From Desulfovibrio sp. (GTDB taxonomy: Bacteria; Desulfobacterota; Desulfovibrionia; Desulfovibrionales; Desulfovibrionaceae), in assembly GCA_017450275.1 (NCBI GenBank), contig JAFSVD010000033.1:7918-71917 (forward strand): DNA of 64,000 nt, read 5' to 3'. The notes under the pieces are model-generated. The model did not search any database, was not told the DNA's origin, and was given only the letters and a program-made list of their open reading frames with translations. How positions within the stretch are numbered: position 1 is the stretch's first letter; the number at the start of each line of letters is the position of its first letter. Below are positions 1 to 9,905 of this stretch, piece by piece. The position numbers were made by a program, and so were the translations under genes.

Positions 1-1
1 G

Positions 2-991
2 ATGCAGGCTGTCTTTAAAACCGTCTTTAACAAAGACTTGCCAACCCCATTCCCCCGCATGCCCTGGGTCGAAGCCATGGCACGCTTTGGCGTTGACAAG
101 CCAGACACCCGTTTTGGCATGGAGTTGGTTGATATCACGACCATTGTTGCCCATTCAGGCTTTAAGCTCTTTGCCCAAGCGAAATTGGTAAAAGCCATGA
201 AGATGACCGGCGGAGAGGCTCTCACCCGCAAGGAAATCGACAGCTATACCGAATTTGTCAAAGCCTACGGCGCCCAAGGCCTTGCGTGGATTAAAATCAA
301 AGAAAACGAGTGGCAGTCGCCTATTGCCAAATTCCTCTCCGAAGAAGAGCGCCAGGGCATTGCCAAAGCGCTTGATCTTGCGGTTGGCGACATTGTCTTT
401 TTCCAGGCTGCTGAGCCAGACATTGTCAACGCAGCGCTCGGCAATTTGCGTGTCCATATTGCCAAAGAAAAAAATCTCATTCCAGAGGATCAGTACAACT
501 TCCTGTGGGTCACGGATTTTCCGCTCTTTGAGTACAGCGAAGAAGAAAAACGCTATGTTTCCTGCCATCATCCCTTCACATCCCCCAAGGAAGGGCATAT
601 GGAACGGATGCAAACGGATCCGGCAAATACCTTTGCCCGTGCCTATGACATGGTCTTGAATGGCAATGAGGTTGGGGGCGGCTCTGTGCGTATTCACAAC
701 GCCCAGATCCAACGCCGCATGTTCGATGCTTTGGGAATTCCCAAGGAGCAGTACGAAGAACAATTTGGCTTCTTCCTTAAAGCCCTTGAGCACGGGGCTC
801 CGCCGCACGCAGGCTTGGCCTTTGGGCTCGACCGCCTTGTCATGCTTCTCTCAGGCGCAACCAGCATCCGCGATGTTATGGCATTCCCGAAAACCCAGAA
901 GGCAACATGCCTTATGACAGGCTCCCCATCGCCGGTATCGGCCAAGCAGTTGCGTGAACTCAATTTACGCTTGCGCGAGACGCAACAGTAG
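2..991 (+). CDS. aspS: aspartate--tRNA ligase, C-terminal part (5' truncated by window)
   Basis: FGVDKPDTRF, GAD insert, HHPFTSP, ARAYDMVLNGNEVGGGSVRIH, GAPPHAGLAFGLDRL, IRDVMAFPK. Confidence 0.97.
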   Translation: MQAVFKTVFNKDLPTPFPRMPWVEAMARFGVDKPDTRFGMELVDITTIVAHSGFKLFAQAKLVKAMKMTGGEALTRKEIDSYTEFVKAYGAQGLAWIKIKENEWQSPIAKFLSEEERQGIAKALDLAVGDIVFFQAAEPDIVNAALGNLRVHIAKEKNLIPEDQYNFLWVTDFPLFEYSEEEKRYVSCHHPFTSPKEGHMERMQTDPANTFARAYDMVLNGNEVGGGSVRIHNAQIQRRMFDALGIPKEQYEEQFGFFLKALEHGAPPHAGLAFGLDRLVMLLSGATSIRDVMAFPKTQKATCLMTGSPSPVSAKQLRELNLRLRETQQ

Positions 992-1472
992 TGTCACATT
1001 TCATTCCTATTCTAGAAAATAGCAACGTATGACGCGCACCTAGCCCTGGGTTGGATGCGCGTTAGATGAAGTGTGGCTGTAAGTACACAGGCAAAGACTG
1101 GTGTCAAAAAATCGATCAGAATTTTCTGCGATCCCAATAGAATTTTGCCTGGAGCCACATTTCAGTACAACGGCAAACGTTTTGTTGTGAAAGGAACTCG
1201 AAGTAAGATATATTTTCAGACAGAAGAGGATCCTGGTCAAAAAATCCTTATCAACAAATGCAAGTTGATAGAACACAATGAAGGTCTGGTGTTTTTATAA
1301 ACCACTATCTATTGAAACCTGTACTTCCAGCAGCACTGCTCGCTGACCACGAATGACGGATTCAGTTTTTCCCCAGCTCCTCAGCCGGAAGAAGTACTCT
1401 ATCGGTTGGATGAGGAACTGGGGGGATCTGCGGTTGTGGATTTTCTCCGATGTGAATGAAATAGACCAGTAG
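989..1472. mobile_element. MITE-like element, TAG-flanked, with imperfect inverted ends, between aspS and def
   Basis: TAG-TGTCACATTTCATTC...GAATGAAATAGACCAG-TAG; ends recur at 3175-3203, 27231-27272, 37767-37888. Confidence 0.65.
1073..1300 (+). pseudogene. iscB: IscB C-terminal fragment
   Basis: NRILPGATFQYNGKRFVVKG...CKLIEHNEGLVFL* resembles C-termini of gut-type IscB proteins; recognised by eye. Confidence 0.65.
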
Positions 1473-1481
1473 GCGGTAGCC

Positions 1482-2003
1482 ATGCTCCTCGATATTGTGA
1501 CCTATCCCGATGAACGCTTGCGCACCAAATGTGCTCCCGTTGAATCCGTAACACCCGAACTGCGCACCTTGGTCGATTCCATGTTTGAGACCATGTATGC
1601 CGCACCTGGGGTTGGGCTGGCTGCTCCGCAGGTTGCCCAATGGATACGTTTAGTTGTTATTGATACGGCCTCCCCGGAGGAAGAAAAAAAACCCAAAGTC
1701 TTGATCAATCCGCAACTCGTGTGTTCTGGCGAGCAGATACGGAGCAAGAACGAAGGCTGTCTTTCTGTTCCCTTGGGATTTCGCGCCGATGTCAACCGCT
1801 ACAGCAATGTCCATCTTACGTATCGGGATCTTGATTGGAACCTGATCGAAGAGGATCTGACCGACTTTCCTGCTATTGTCGTTCAGCATGAAACCGATCA
1901 TTTAGACGGTATCCTTTTCATCGATCATATAAGCCGTCTTAGACGGTCTTTATACGACAGCAAGGTGCGAAAGTGGCTCAGAGTCAACAAAGCTCACGCA
2001 TAG
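1482..2003 (+). CDS. def: peptide deformylase
   Basis: GVGLAAPQ, EGCLS, QHETDHLDG motifs. Confidence 0.97.
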   Translation: MLLDIVTYPDERLRTKCAPVESVTPELRTLVDSMFETMYAAPGVGLAAPQVAQWIRLVVIDTASPEEEKKPKVLINPQLVCSGEQIRSKNEGCLSVPLGFRADVNRYSNVHLTYRDLDWNLIEEDLTDFPAIVVQHETDHLDGILFIDHISRLRRSLYDSKVRKWLRVNKAHA

Positions 2004-2965
2004 TCTTTATGGGAACCCCGGCCTTTGCCGTAAGCATCCTTGAGAAGATAGCGGACGGGGCGCCGGGGACACTCATCGCCTGCTATTGTCAGCCCGATAC
2101 GCCTGCAAACCGTGGACACAAAGTGCTTCCCCCGCCCGCAGCGCTTTGGGCAAAAGCGCATGGCATTCCCGTCTATCAGCCGCAAACACTCAAAACCGAT
2201 GACTGCTATGCGCAGCTGCAAGCGCTCAAGCCCGATTTTTTGGTGGTTGCTGCCTACGGGAAAATAATCCCTGAACGTATCCTCAAACTGCCCACCTATC
2301 CGCCACTCAATGTGCACGGCTCTCTTTTACCCTTCTACAGGGGAGCTGCTCCGATTCAACGGGCTATTTTGGAACACGGGGAAGAGGGTGCCAAGACCGG
2401 TGTCTCCATTATGGAGATGGTGGCAGAGCTCGATGCAGGGTCTGTCTTTGCGCAAGAGGAGATCCCGATTGCCAATGCCACTGCCGATGAACTCTTTGTG
2501 ACCGTGGCGGAAAAGGGTGGGGCGCTTTTGTGTGCTGTGATGAAGGATCTGCTCGAAGGCAAAGCGAAAGCGCTTGCTCAAGATCACAGTCGCGCAACCT
2601 ATGCAGCCAAACTCGAAAAAAGCGATGGACATATTCAGTGGTATGACTCCGCCCAAGCTGTTCATGCCCGCATTCGAGCAGTGACCTCAAAACCCGGAGC
2701 CCATACAACCCTCTCGTTTCCCGATGGCGCAACCATCCCAATTGTCTTTGAGCCAGGCTGTATTGGTGAGCCAACAACGGCCTCTCCGGCAACACTCGCC
2801 AGGAAAAACGACCTGCTTATGATCGCCTGTCTGGATCGATGGTATTGCCTTGGTCGCATAAAACCCCAGGGCAAAAAGTATATGGATGTTGCCGCTTTCA
2901 TAAACGGGTACATACAAAAACACAGTTCAGATTGCAAAGAGGGTTTTGTAGGAACGGTTTTCTAA
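1973..2965 (+). CDS. fmt: methionyl-tRNA formyltransferase
   Basis: IVFMGTP, NVHGSLLPFYRGAAPIQRAI, LDAG; follows def. Confidence 0.96.
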   Translation: MAQSQQSSRIVFMGTPAFAVSILEKIADGAPGTLIACYCQPDTPANRGHKVLPPPAALWAKAHGIPVYQPQTLKTDDCYAQLQALKPDFLVVAAYGKIIPERILKLPTYPPLNVHGSLLPFYRGAAPIQRAILEHGEEGAKTGVSIMEMVAELDAGSVFAQEEIPIANATADELFVTVAEKGGALLCAVMKDLLEGKAKALAQDHSRATYAAKLEKSDGHIQWYDSAQAVHARIRAVTSKPGAHTTLSFPDGATIPIVFEPGCIGEPTTASPATLARKNDLLMIACLDRWYCLGRIKPQGKKYMDVAAFINGYIQKHSSDCKEGFVGTVF

Positions 2966-3174
2966 TACCAAATGGCACCAAGGATGTCCGTCTCTTTGGT
3001 GCCATTTCTTCTATGTAAAATTTTGTAATATCGGAAATATGTCTATACTTTGTTGAATATCATAATGCAAGACAAATGAGTTGAAAAATGTAAAGAAATA
3101 CCTCACATTGAAAGTGAGGCTGGTAGATCCAAAAAAATGTTATTTTTTGTACTCTAAAAAACACTTTGAAACTA

Positions 3175-3203
3175 ATTTTCTACAATGTAAATGAAATAGA
3201 CCA
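3175..3203. repeat. isolated right end of the AAATAGACCA repeat family
   Basis: ATTTTCTACAATGTAAATGAAATAGACCA vs ATTTTCTCCGATGTGAATGAAATAGACCA at 1440-1468. Confidence 0.7.
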
Positions 3204-3214
3204 ATAGGTCTGCC

Positions 3215-4528
3215 ATGCATAATCGTCTTGATGCACGTTCCCTGTGCCTTTCCGTTCTCGCCGCGGTTGAAAACAATTGCCCCTGCCAAGAGGCATTGGC
3301 CTCCATCCCTCCTAACGATCTTCCCCCCAACGAACGACACCTTCTTGTCGAACTGGTCTACGGGATTCTCCGTACGGAAATTCGCCTGCAGGCGCTTTTG
3401 GAACACTATCAGCACCAAAACAAAGCACTGCCAAATACCCTCCGCCATATTTTCTTTCTCGCTCTCTATTCCATTCTCTTTCTGGAACGAATACCACCGC
3501 ACGCTGTGCTGCATAGCGCTGTGCAGATGGCAAAAGAACGCTTTGGCCAAGGCCTTGGCAATTTTGTCAATGCTGTTCTTCGGCGTATACTCGAGGATCG
3601 GGATACCTTGGCTTCGATCGAATGCGTACGCAGAGCGAATGATCCCAACGAGGATCAGCTCATCAATACCCTTGCAACCTTCTACAGCCTTCCATCGTGG
3701 TTATTGCGATTTTGGATTGAACACTATGGTTTCGGCAATGCCCTTTTGCTCGCCAAACAGAGTATAACCAAACCACGCATTGGAATACTCCTGACAAACA
3801 ACGCCCAGGGCAATGCGATGGCAAAGTCTCTGGAAAAACAATGTGGCGTTGAACAGATCTCTTCCTTGGGATTTTCGCTGACAACAGAGGCCTATCAGAA
3901 CTTTTGCTACGAACACAACGCGGCACATCTCCACACACAAGGCGCCTTTTCCTATCTTTCGTCAGGCTCTCAATGGGTGCTGAATGCCTTGGGACTTTCT
4001 ACGTGGAAGGAACCGGTTTGGGATATGTGTGCAGGCTTTGGGGGGAAGAGCGGTGCTTTGGCGAATTGGCGTGTGCCAGTTTCTCTGTGTACGGACATAA
4101 GCCAAAAACGTCTCTTGGGGCTTACCAAGGATTTTGCCCGCAGACATCTTCCGCTTCCCCTTTGTTGCGTAGCATCCGGAACAATGCCACCGCTGAGCCA
4201 TTTTGACGGCAATATCCTGATCGATGCCCCATGCAGTGGTCTTGGCATTCTTCAACGCAGACCCGATATTCGCCGAAACCGCACAAAAAAACGATCCATC
4301 AGACTCTTTCCCAAACAACAAGAGGCGCTCCTGACAATGGGACTTCGCTATCTTACACCAAAACACGAACTCTGCTATATCACCTGCACACACAATCCTT
4401 TGGAAAACGGCCTGCTTGTCAGGGCAGTTCTTGAGAACAGTGGCTGTGACCTTGTGGCTGAATGGGAAACGCCTTTTGAAAATCCGCACATCGAAGGAAT
4501 GTACGGAGCGCTGATCAGGCGTTCCTAA
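3215..4528 (+). CDS. rsmB: RsmB/Sun-like rRNA m5C methyltransferase with NusB-like N-terminus
   Basis: ELVYGILR, FVNAVLR, WDMCAGFGGKS, DAPCSGLG, YITCT; def-fmt-sun synteny. Confidence 0.88.
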   Translation: MHNRLDARSLCLSVLAAVENNCPCQEALASIPPNDLPPNERHLLVELVYGILRTEIRLQALLEHYQHQNKALPNTLRHIFFLALYSILFLERIPPHAVLHSAVQMAKERFGQGLGNFVNAVLRRILEDRDTLASIECVRRANDPNEDQLINTLATFYSLPSWLLRFWIEHYGFGNALLLAKQSITKPRIGILLTNNAQGNAMAKSLEKQCGVEQISSLGFSLTTEAYQNFCYEHNAAHLHTQGAFSYLSSGSQWVLNALGLSTWKEPVWDMCAGFGGKSGALANWRVPVSLCTDISQKRLLGLTKDFARRHLPLPLCCVASGTMPPLSHFDGNILIDAPCSGLGILQRRPDIRRNRTKKRSIRLFPKQQEALLTMGLRYLTPKHELCYITCTHNPLENGLLVRAVLENSGCDLVAEWETPFENPHIEGMYGALIRRS

Positions 4529-5589
4529 AAAGCCCCTTCACCGGCAGATGCCTGGCTTTGCTGCTCATCTGGGATGCTCGTTTCAACAACTTCAGAGGCT
4601 TCGTCCGATGTTTTCTGCTCCGAGACATCTGTTTCGCTCTCGTTGGCGTCTGTACCAGGATTTTCCTGGCCATTTGCCCCCAATTTCAGGAGAATCTGCT
4701 GCAATTCTTCCGCGCTGCTATAGGTGAGAGTGATCTTTCCTTTTTCTTCAGTCCCCCGCACCTTTGCTTTACATTGAAGAACCTGAGAAAAGACCTCCTG
4801 CATCTTCTTGGCAATGTCGCTTTGATTGTTTTTCTTGAGAGAACGTTCTTCTTGTGGAAGATCCTGATTCATGGCGTTTTCAACAGGATCCTGGAGCTCA
4901 CTGTCTTCCCACGGAACGATCCCTTCCTTTTTCCACTTGGCAATAATATCTTCGGTATCCCGAACAGAGAGTTCCTTTTGCACAATATATTTGCGCATGG
5001 ACTCTGCAATGTCTTGATCAGCAATGGAAAGCAAGGATCGGGCATGGCCTGCACTCAATCTCCCTGCGCGCACATCCTCTTGCGCCTGAGGACTCAGTTG
5101 CAAAAGACGCAATGCGTTGGCGATAGCGGAGCGGCTTTTGCCCAGCTTTGCGGAAAGCACCTCCTGCGTTACATGCAGTTCGTCACGTAAATTTTTCAGG
5201 GCTAATGCCTCTTCAATGGGATTTAAATCCTCACGCTGTAAATTTTCAATGAGCGCTGCCGTCATCACGTCTTCATCGCTCATCTTGCGAACAAAGACAG
5301 GCACGGTGGTGAGGCCCACAAGTTTGGCTGCACGCAATCTACGCTCACCAGCAATAATTTGATAGCTTTTATCGGGCATTTCCCGAACGAGCAGAGGCTG
5401 AATGATTCCTTGATTTTTGATGGATGTGGCGAGTTCTTGGAGATTTTCGTCGCTGAAATTCGTACGCGGTTGCCATGGATTGGGCTGCAACAATTCAATT
5501 GCGACTTCGGTATTTTCTGACCGTTCCTGCTCTTGATTGGTGTCAAGAAGTGCCGTAAGACCTTTTCCAAGTTTCGACGTTGAAGACAT
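4525..5589 (-). CDS. parB: chromosome partition protein ParB with acidic C-terminal tail
   Basis: LGKGL, PNPWQPR, IAGERRLRA, LIENLQREDLNPIEEA, GKSRSAIANALRLL. Confidence 0.96.
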   Translation of the reverse strand: MSSTSKLGKGLTALLDTNQEQERSENTEVAIELLQPNPWQPRTNFSDENLQELATSIKNQGIIQPLLVREMPDKSYQIIAGERRLRAAKLVGLTTVPVFVRKMSDEDVMTAALIENLQREDLNPIEEALALKNLRDELHVTQEVLSAKLGKSRSAIANALRLLQLSPQAQEDVRAGRLSAGHARSLLSIADQDIAESMRKYIVQKELSVRDTEDIIAKWKKEGIVPWEDSELQDPVENAMNQDLPQEERSLKKNNQSDIAKKMQEVFSQVLQCKAKVRGTEEKGKITLTYSSAEELQQILLKLGANGQENPGTDANESETDVSEQKTSDEASEVVETSIPDEQQSQASAGEGAF

Positions 5590-5668
5590 GTTCTCTTCCT
5601 TCTCAAATCAACTCGTCTGTGAACAACAACTCTTGCCGGCTTGAACCCGCAAAAAAAGGATTTTTGCC

Positions 5669-6067
5669 ATGAATACCAACCTTCTCTATGTCGTAGACGA
5701 CAAGGGCGCGATCCAATATGTTCAAATTGCAAAAGATCTCTGGGAAAAAATGGAGCCTCTTGTCAAACCCCTTCTTTCCGCAAAGGATGCATCTGAACTC
5801 AAACAACAAGAACGACCCCTCGCCGATTTCAAGACCTTGATGGAATACTGGGATTTTTCCTATCCCTATACCCCAAATGTAGAATGTCCTTGTTGTCAAG
5901 CAAAAACCGATGATTGGCGCAATGATCCCAAAGAACGCTTTCTTCTCACCAACGCAACCTTGGGTGGCCTTCTTGTTTTCCACTGTAAAACATGCGGCAC
6001 GACAATACGCCATAAATATTTTAAGGATCATGTTTGCTACGAACACACAACACCGAAAAAGCGCTGA
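5669..6067 (+). CDS. hypothetical protein with two CxxC pairs (possible Zn ribbon)
   Basis: AAGGA RBS, natural composition, CPCC...CKTCG; fills the parB-parA gap on the opposite strand. Confidence 0.8.
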   Translation: MNTNLLYVVDDKGAIQYVQIAKDLWEKMEPLVKPLLSAKDASELKQQERPLADFKTLMEYWDFSYPYTPNVECPCCQAKTDDWRNDPKERFLLTNATLGGLLVFHCKTCGTTIRHKYFKDHVCYEHTTPKKR

Positions 6068-6841
6068 TCAACTCTTGGTGGTATTACGAAGAACAACCTC
6101 CTTGGCCAATTCAATATAGGCCTCAGCACCCTTAGATTTAACATCATAGTGGATGATCGATTTCCCGTGACTGGGCGCTTCGGAGAGACGGACATTGCGG
6201 GGAATGACGGTTGAAAAAACCTTATCGGGGAAACACTTTGTCACTTCGTTTTTGACTTCTTTGGTGATTTTATTCCGCGTATCATACATAGTGAGAACAA
6301 CACCAAGAAGTTCAAGACTCGTATTCAAACGTTTTTTGACCAGATCAATGGTTTTGAGCAATTTAACAATACCTTCAAGGGCAAAAAACTCACATTGCAA
6401 CGGAATGAGCACTTCCTTAGCCCCACAGAGGGCATTAACAGTGAGAAGTCCCAAAGAGGGCGGGCAATCGACAAAAATGTATTCGTACTTTGCGGGCAAA
6501 TTCTTGCAGCATTCAGCAAAATAAAATTCTCGCCCAATTTTATCAACCAACTCTAACTCAGCCCCAACAAGATCCGTACTTGCAGGTATAAGATCTAAAA
6601 AGCTACTCCGTGTGGGGTAAATACACTCTCCAATCGATTCGGGATTATAGAGAGCGGTGTAGAGATCTTTTGAAATTTTGGACTGCTCAAAACCAAGGCC
6701 ACTGGTTGTATTTGCCTGAGGATCTGCATCGATAAGAAGAACTTTTTTTTCCATCACAGCAAGTGCTGCTGCAACGTTAATCGCGGTTGTTGTCTTACCA
6801 ACGCCACCTTTCTGATTTGCAATAGCAATTATGCGTGCCAC
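6068..6841 (-). CDS. parA: ParA/Soj ATPase
   Basis: NQKGGVGKTT, DADPQAN, DCPPSLG, IPRNVRLSEAPSHG; GTG start with GGGAG RBS. Confidence 0.97.
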   Translation of the reverse strand: MARIIAIANQKGGVGKTTTAINVAAALAVMEKKVLLIDADPQANTTSGLGFEQSKISKDLYTALYNPESIGECIYPTRSSFLDLIPASTDLVGAELELVDKIGREFYFAECCKNLPAKYEYIFVDCPPSLGLLTVNALCGAKEVLIPLQCEFFALEGIVKLLKTIDLVKKRLNTSLELLGVVLTMYDTRNKITKEVKNEVTKCFPDKVFSTVIPRNVRLSEAPSHGKSIIHYDVKSKGAEAYIELAKEVVLRNTTKS

Positions 6842-6878
6842 GTCATTCCAACTCCCTTGGCAGTGTCTATACAAATTC

Positions 6879-6894
6879 TGTTTCACGTGAAACA
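6879..6894. promoter_or_regulatory. parS site
   Basis: TGTTTCACGTGAAACA perfect palindrome upstream of parA. Confidence 0.93.
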
Positions 6895-7169
6895 ATATTC
6901 ACTCGATTGGTCTTACATAACTCAAAAAAAATACAAGACAACCTGCCTTTCGTCAAGTTTTTTCTTCTAAAAAAATACTGCAAAGTAAAGATGGGGAGCC
7001 AAAAAAACCGCAAAAATCGCAACCACACCCCAAATTTTCCAAACCACACGCTGATTTTCGGCAACTGATGGGTCTTTTTGGGTACACCACCCGTCTTTTT
7101 TGAACAACCAGAAAAAATGCCTGTTCGGAAAGCAAGCAAGATGGTTCTCCTTTTTTCAGGTACATTTTT

Positions 7170-7717
7170 AGCACTGACAGGAAACTGCCCGGTTGTACTG
7201 AGCCCATGTTTCCAAAAGATAGAATCAACTCTGAGGCTCGCTTCATAAATAGGAAGTGTGGATCCGGGTGGATTACGCCAACCGTACGACAGTTGATTCA
7301 GACACATGTAAACATCGTGAAGATGGTCTCAGATCTTGTGCCTATTGATGAAGTCGCCATAGAGCTTGCCGAATTTGCTTTTATGCCGATGGATGATGGC
7401 TCGATAATGGCTCATGGAAGGGATCGGACTTTCAAAATGGGCGTCTCCGTGGGTATGCGAACAAGTATGATTACATTGACTGTCGTCAGGATCATACCTG
7501 CTGCCTTTGTGGAAAAAGGCAAATTGAAGACTATCATCATCTTGCTAAAGCCTCTGAAGGAGGCAGTGATCTTCCGGAGAATCTGATCGGAGTTTGTGCT
7601 TTATGCCACGAGAAGATTCATAAGGGAGGCTTATCCACAAAAATAGCAGAAATCAAAAAGAAATATCATCATCTATCTGTTCTCAATACAGCCATTCCCT
7701 ATATTACCATCCAATAG
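7170..7717 (+). pseudogene. iscB: IscB internal fragment (RuvC-II region + HNH), frameshifted near 7410, truncated at both ends
   Basis: RKLPGC..NSEARFINRK..GWITPTVRQLIQTH..AIELAEFAFM; other frame DFQNGRL..CCLCG..DYHH..GGSDLPENLIGVCALCHEKIH..KKYHHLSVLN. Confidence 0.88.
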
Positions 7718-7997
7718 GTTTATTGAACCGCCCAGAAGTCCAGCTTATTGGCCATTTCTTGAAATTTGACTTTTTCTGCCCTCCTCTGGGGCTTGGCTGG
7801 TAATCAAGCCTTCGGAGCATTCTGCACTACCATGCTCTTCCACTATTGTATGCCCCGCCTAAGACCCCTTGGAAGTGCGGCATGGGAAGAGACTGGATAC
7901 CGTACAAGCATGGTTCGGCAAAGTTAGGGGAGGTAGAGCGAGAGATGGGAGGTTCAACAAGCATTTTGAAAACGCAGCCAAAAGGCCAGGCTGATGG

Positions 7998-9154
7998 TGT
8001 GTTCGCTCGTCTGAAATGGAACCACCTTAGATAGGCCACTAAAGTATACCCATAAGTGTGGACACGGAAAGCAGGATCTCAAAATTCTTGCCCTTCCTGG
8101 TGGACACAGTCTGAGTATGGTACTCTGCAAGCAGAGGAGGAATACCATGAGCAAAAAAGTGTTCACGGATCAGGAAGTGGAGATGTTGCGTAGGAACCAA
8201 TATACTTACCTCGTTACACCTCGGAAACTGCTTTTTACCAAGAAGTTCAAAGAACTCTTTTGGAACGAGTACCAGGCTGGTGCCATTCCTCGCAAGATAC
8301 TCGAGAAATATGGCTATTCCGCTGCTATCCTGGGAGAGAAGCGGATCTGGGGTATCACTGCCACCATAAAGAAGCAGAATCACAGTTCGGAGGGTCTGCA
8401 TGAGGGGACGCTACCGAGGAATCCCGTTACTGGCGGCACAGAGAGCAAATCCCATGATGAGCAGTTGCAACAGCTTCAAGGCGAGGTTCTGTATCTCCGA
8501 CAGGAAATAGCGTTTTTAAAAAAAATTTTATTGATCAGAACTAGCAGAAAGTAGAAGGACTGCTTATGCACGACTCTTCCTGCGTATTCGAGGTTATTAA
8601 CAAAACTGTAGCGGAAAGTGACAATCGTCTTTCCATTACGAGAGGCTGCTGAAGAACAGGATCGCAAAGACTTTGAACTTATCCTGGATGTCTACAGGCT
8701 GCGTGGATACAAGAAAGGTGCAGAGAGATAGGCCACCCCAAAAACGCTCGCTTGAAAGTATACCATTTTTGGGTGAAATGCTCATCTGAAAGGGAACCAC
8801 TTTAGGTAGCCCACTCCAAAAACGCTCCCTTGAGCGAATAGGGCGCCAGCCAACCAAAGACTCGCGCTGTCACACCTATTCGCATCAAGTCCGCTTTCAT
8901 CTCCAAAGGCAGAAAGGCAGCGCCCTCCCGAGGGGGGAGCGAGAGGGAACGGGGGAGGGCTTCAAGGCAAAAGACTCTGATGATTGTCAAAGCAACCCTA
9001 TCAGACAAGTATCTGTGATGCATAAAATGGTTGAAGTGGCAACCATTTGGTGAGCAAGTGCCTCCCTTTCGAGTGAGCAAAACTGCAAAAAGAGCAAAAC
9101 AGATGGGGATGCTCAAAATGGCTGAAGTGGCAACATTTCAGACGAGCGATCACA
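7998..9154. mobile_element. non-autonomous TGT...ACA element with near-perfect 5-bp target duplication
   Basis: TGTGTTCGCTCGTCTGAAATG / CATTTCAGACGAGCGATCACA; flanks GATGG / GGTGG; repeated GCTCNNNTGAAA-like motifs near both ends. Confidence 0.65.
8148..8725 (+). pseudogene. IS3-family transposase OrfA (8148-8554) plus short OrfB remnant
   Basis: MSKKVFTDQEVEMLRRN..YLRQEIAFLKK with A8 slippery run 8518-8525; remnant DRKDFELILDVYRLRGYKKG; AAGTGTGGACA end-like motif upstream. Confidence 0.75.
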
Positions 9155-9599
9155 GGTGGTTGCTATAGTTTTATGGGGTTGAGCGAGGACTCCTTGAACC
9201 AGGGCATTTTCTCATAAGCTTTGTTTCTCGCGTGCGTCACTCCAGTGTGATTACCAAGTACCAAAGGGGCTGGCATTCAAGCGAAACAACGTTTTTGGGA
9301 CGTTTTTATCCGAACTCAACAAGAGATTTTTGAGAATACCGCAGAAAGGCAAAAGCAAAAAGATATCTTCTGCATCCCCCGATTAGCATCAATTTTTCAC
9401 AAGTCTGGCAACGCCTTCTGTTCATGGCAATCTATGCTGGAAAAGGCACTCTTTGGCCGTTCGCCTTGCTCTGTGGGCACAGAGACCGCAGCCCTTGGCG
9501 TAGGGGAGACTCGGACGAAAACAGCTTGCTGAAGGCTTGGTAGGCTAAAGATCAAGGGGAAGTCATTACCGTGCTCTACAGTCCTTTAACGGCGTTTCA

Positions 9600-9905
9600 G
9601 AGGCACTGGAAACTTTATTGCCATCATTTTTGGCAGCTGCGTGAGCTTTCGCTGCACATGCCTTATCTTTCACAGGGTTTAAATACACCACGTTGAGAGC
9701 GAACCAGTCTCTTATTCCATCGCTCAGGATGATCGGATTTGGCTTTCTCATAGACCTCAATTCTATTCTTGAGGCCAGCCTTCCCATTTCCACGATGTCG
9801 TTAAACTGGCGTCAGAGAGCAAATCCTGCTGCGACAGTGTTTATTCTTGTACCAGTCGACGAAGGAAGCGACGAATTGTCGCGCATCATCAAGACTGACA
9901 AAATG
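9600..9905 (-). pseudogene. IS3-family integrase C-terminal remnant
   Basis: FVSLDDARQFVASFVDWYKNKH..LTP and, across frameshifts, EVYEKAKSDHPERW, VYLNP. Confidence 0.72.
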
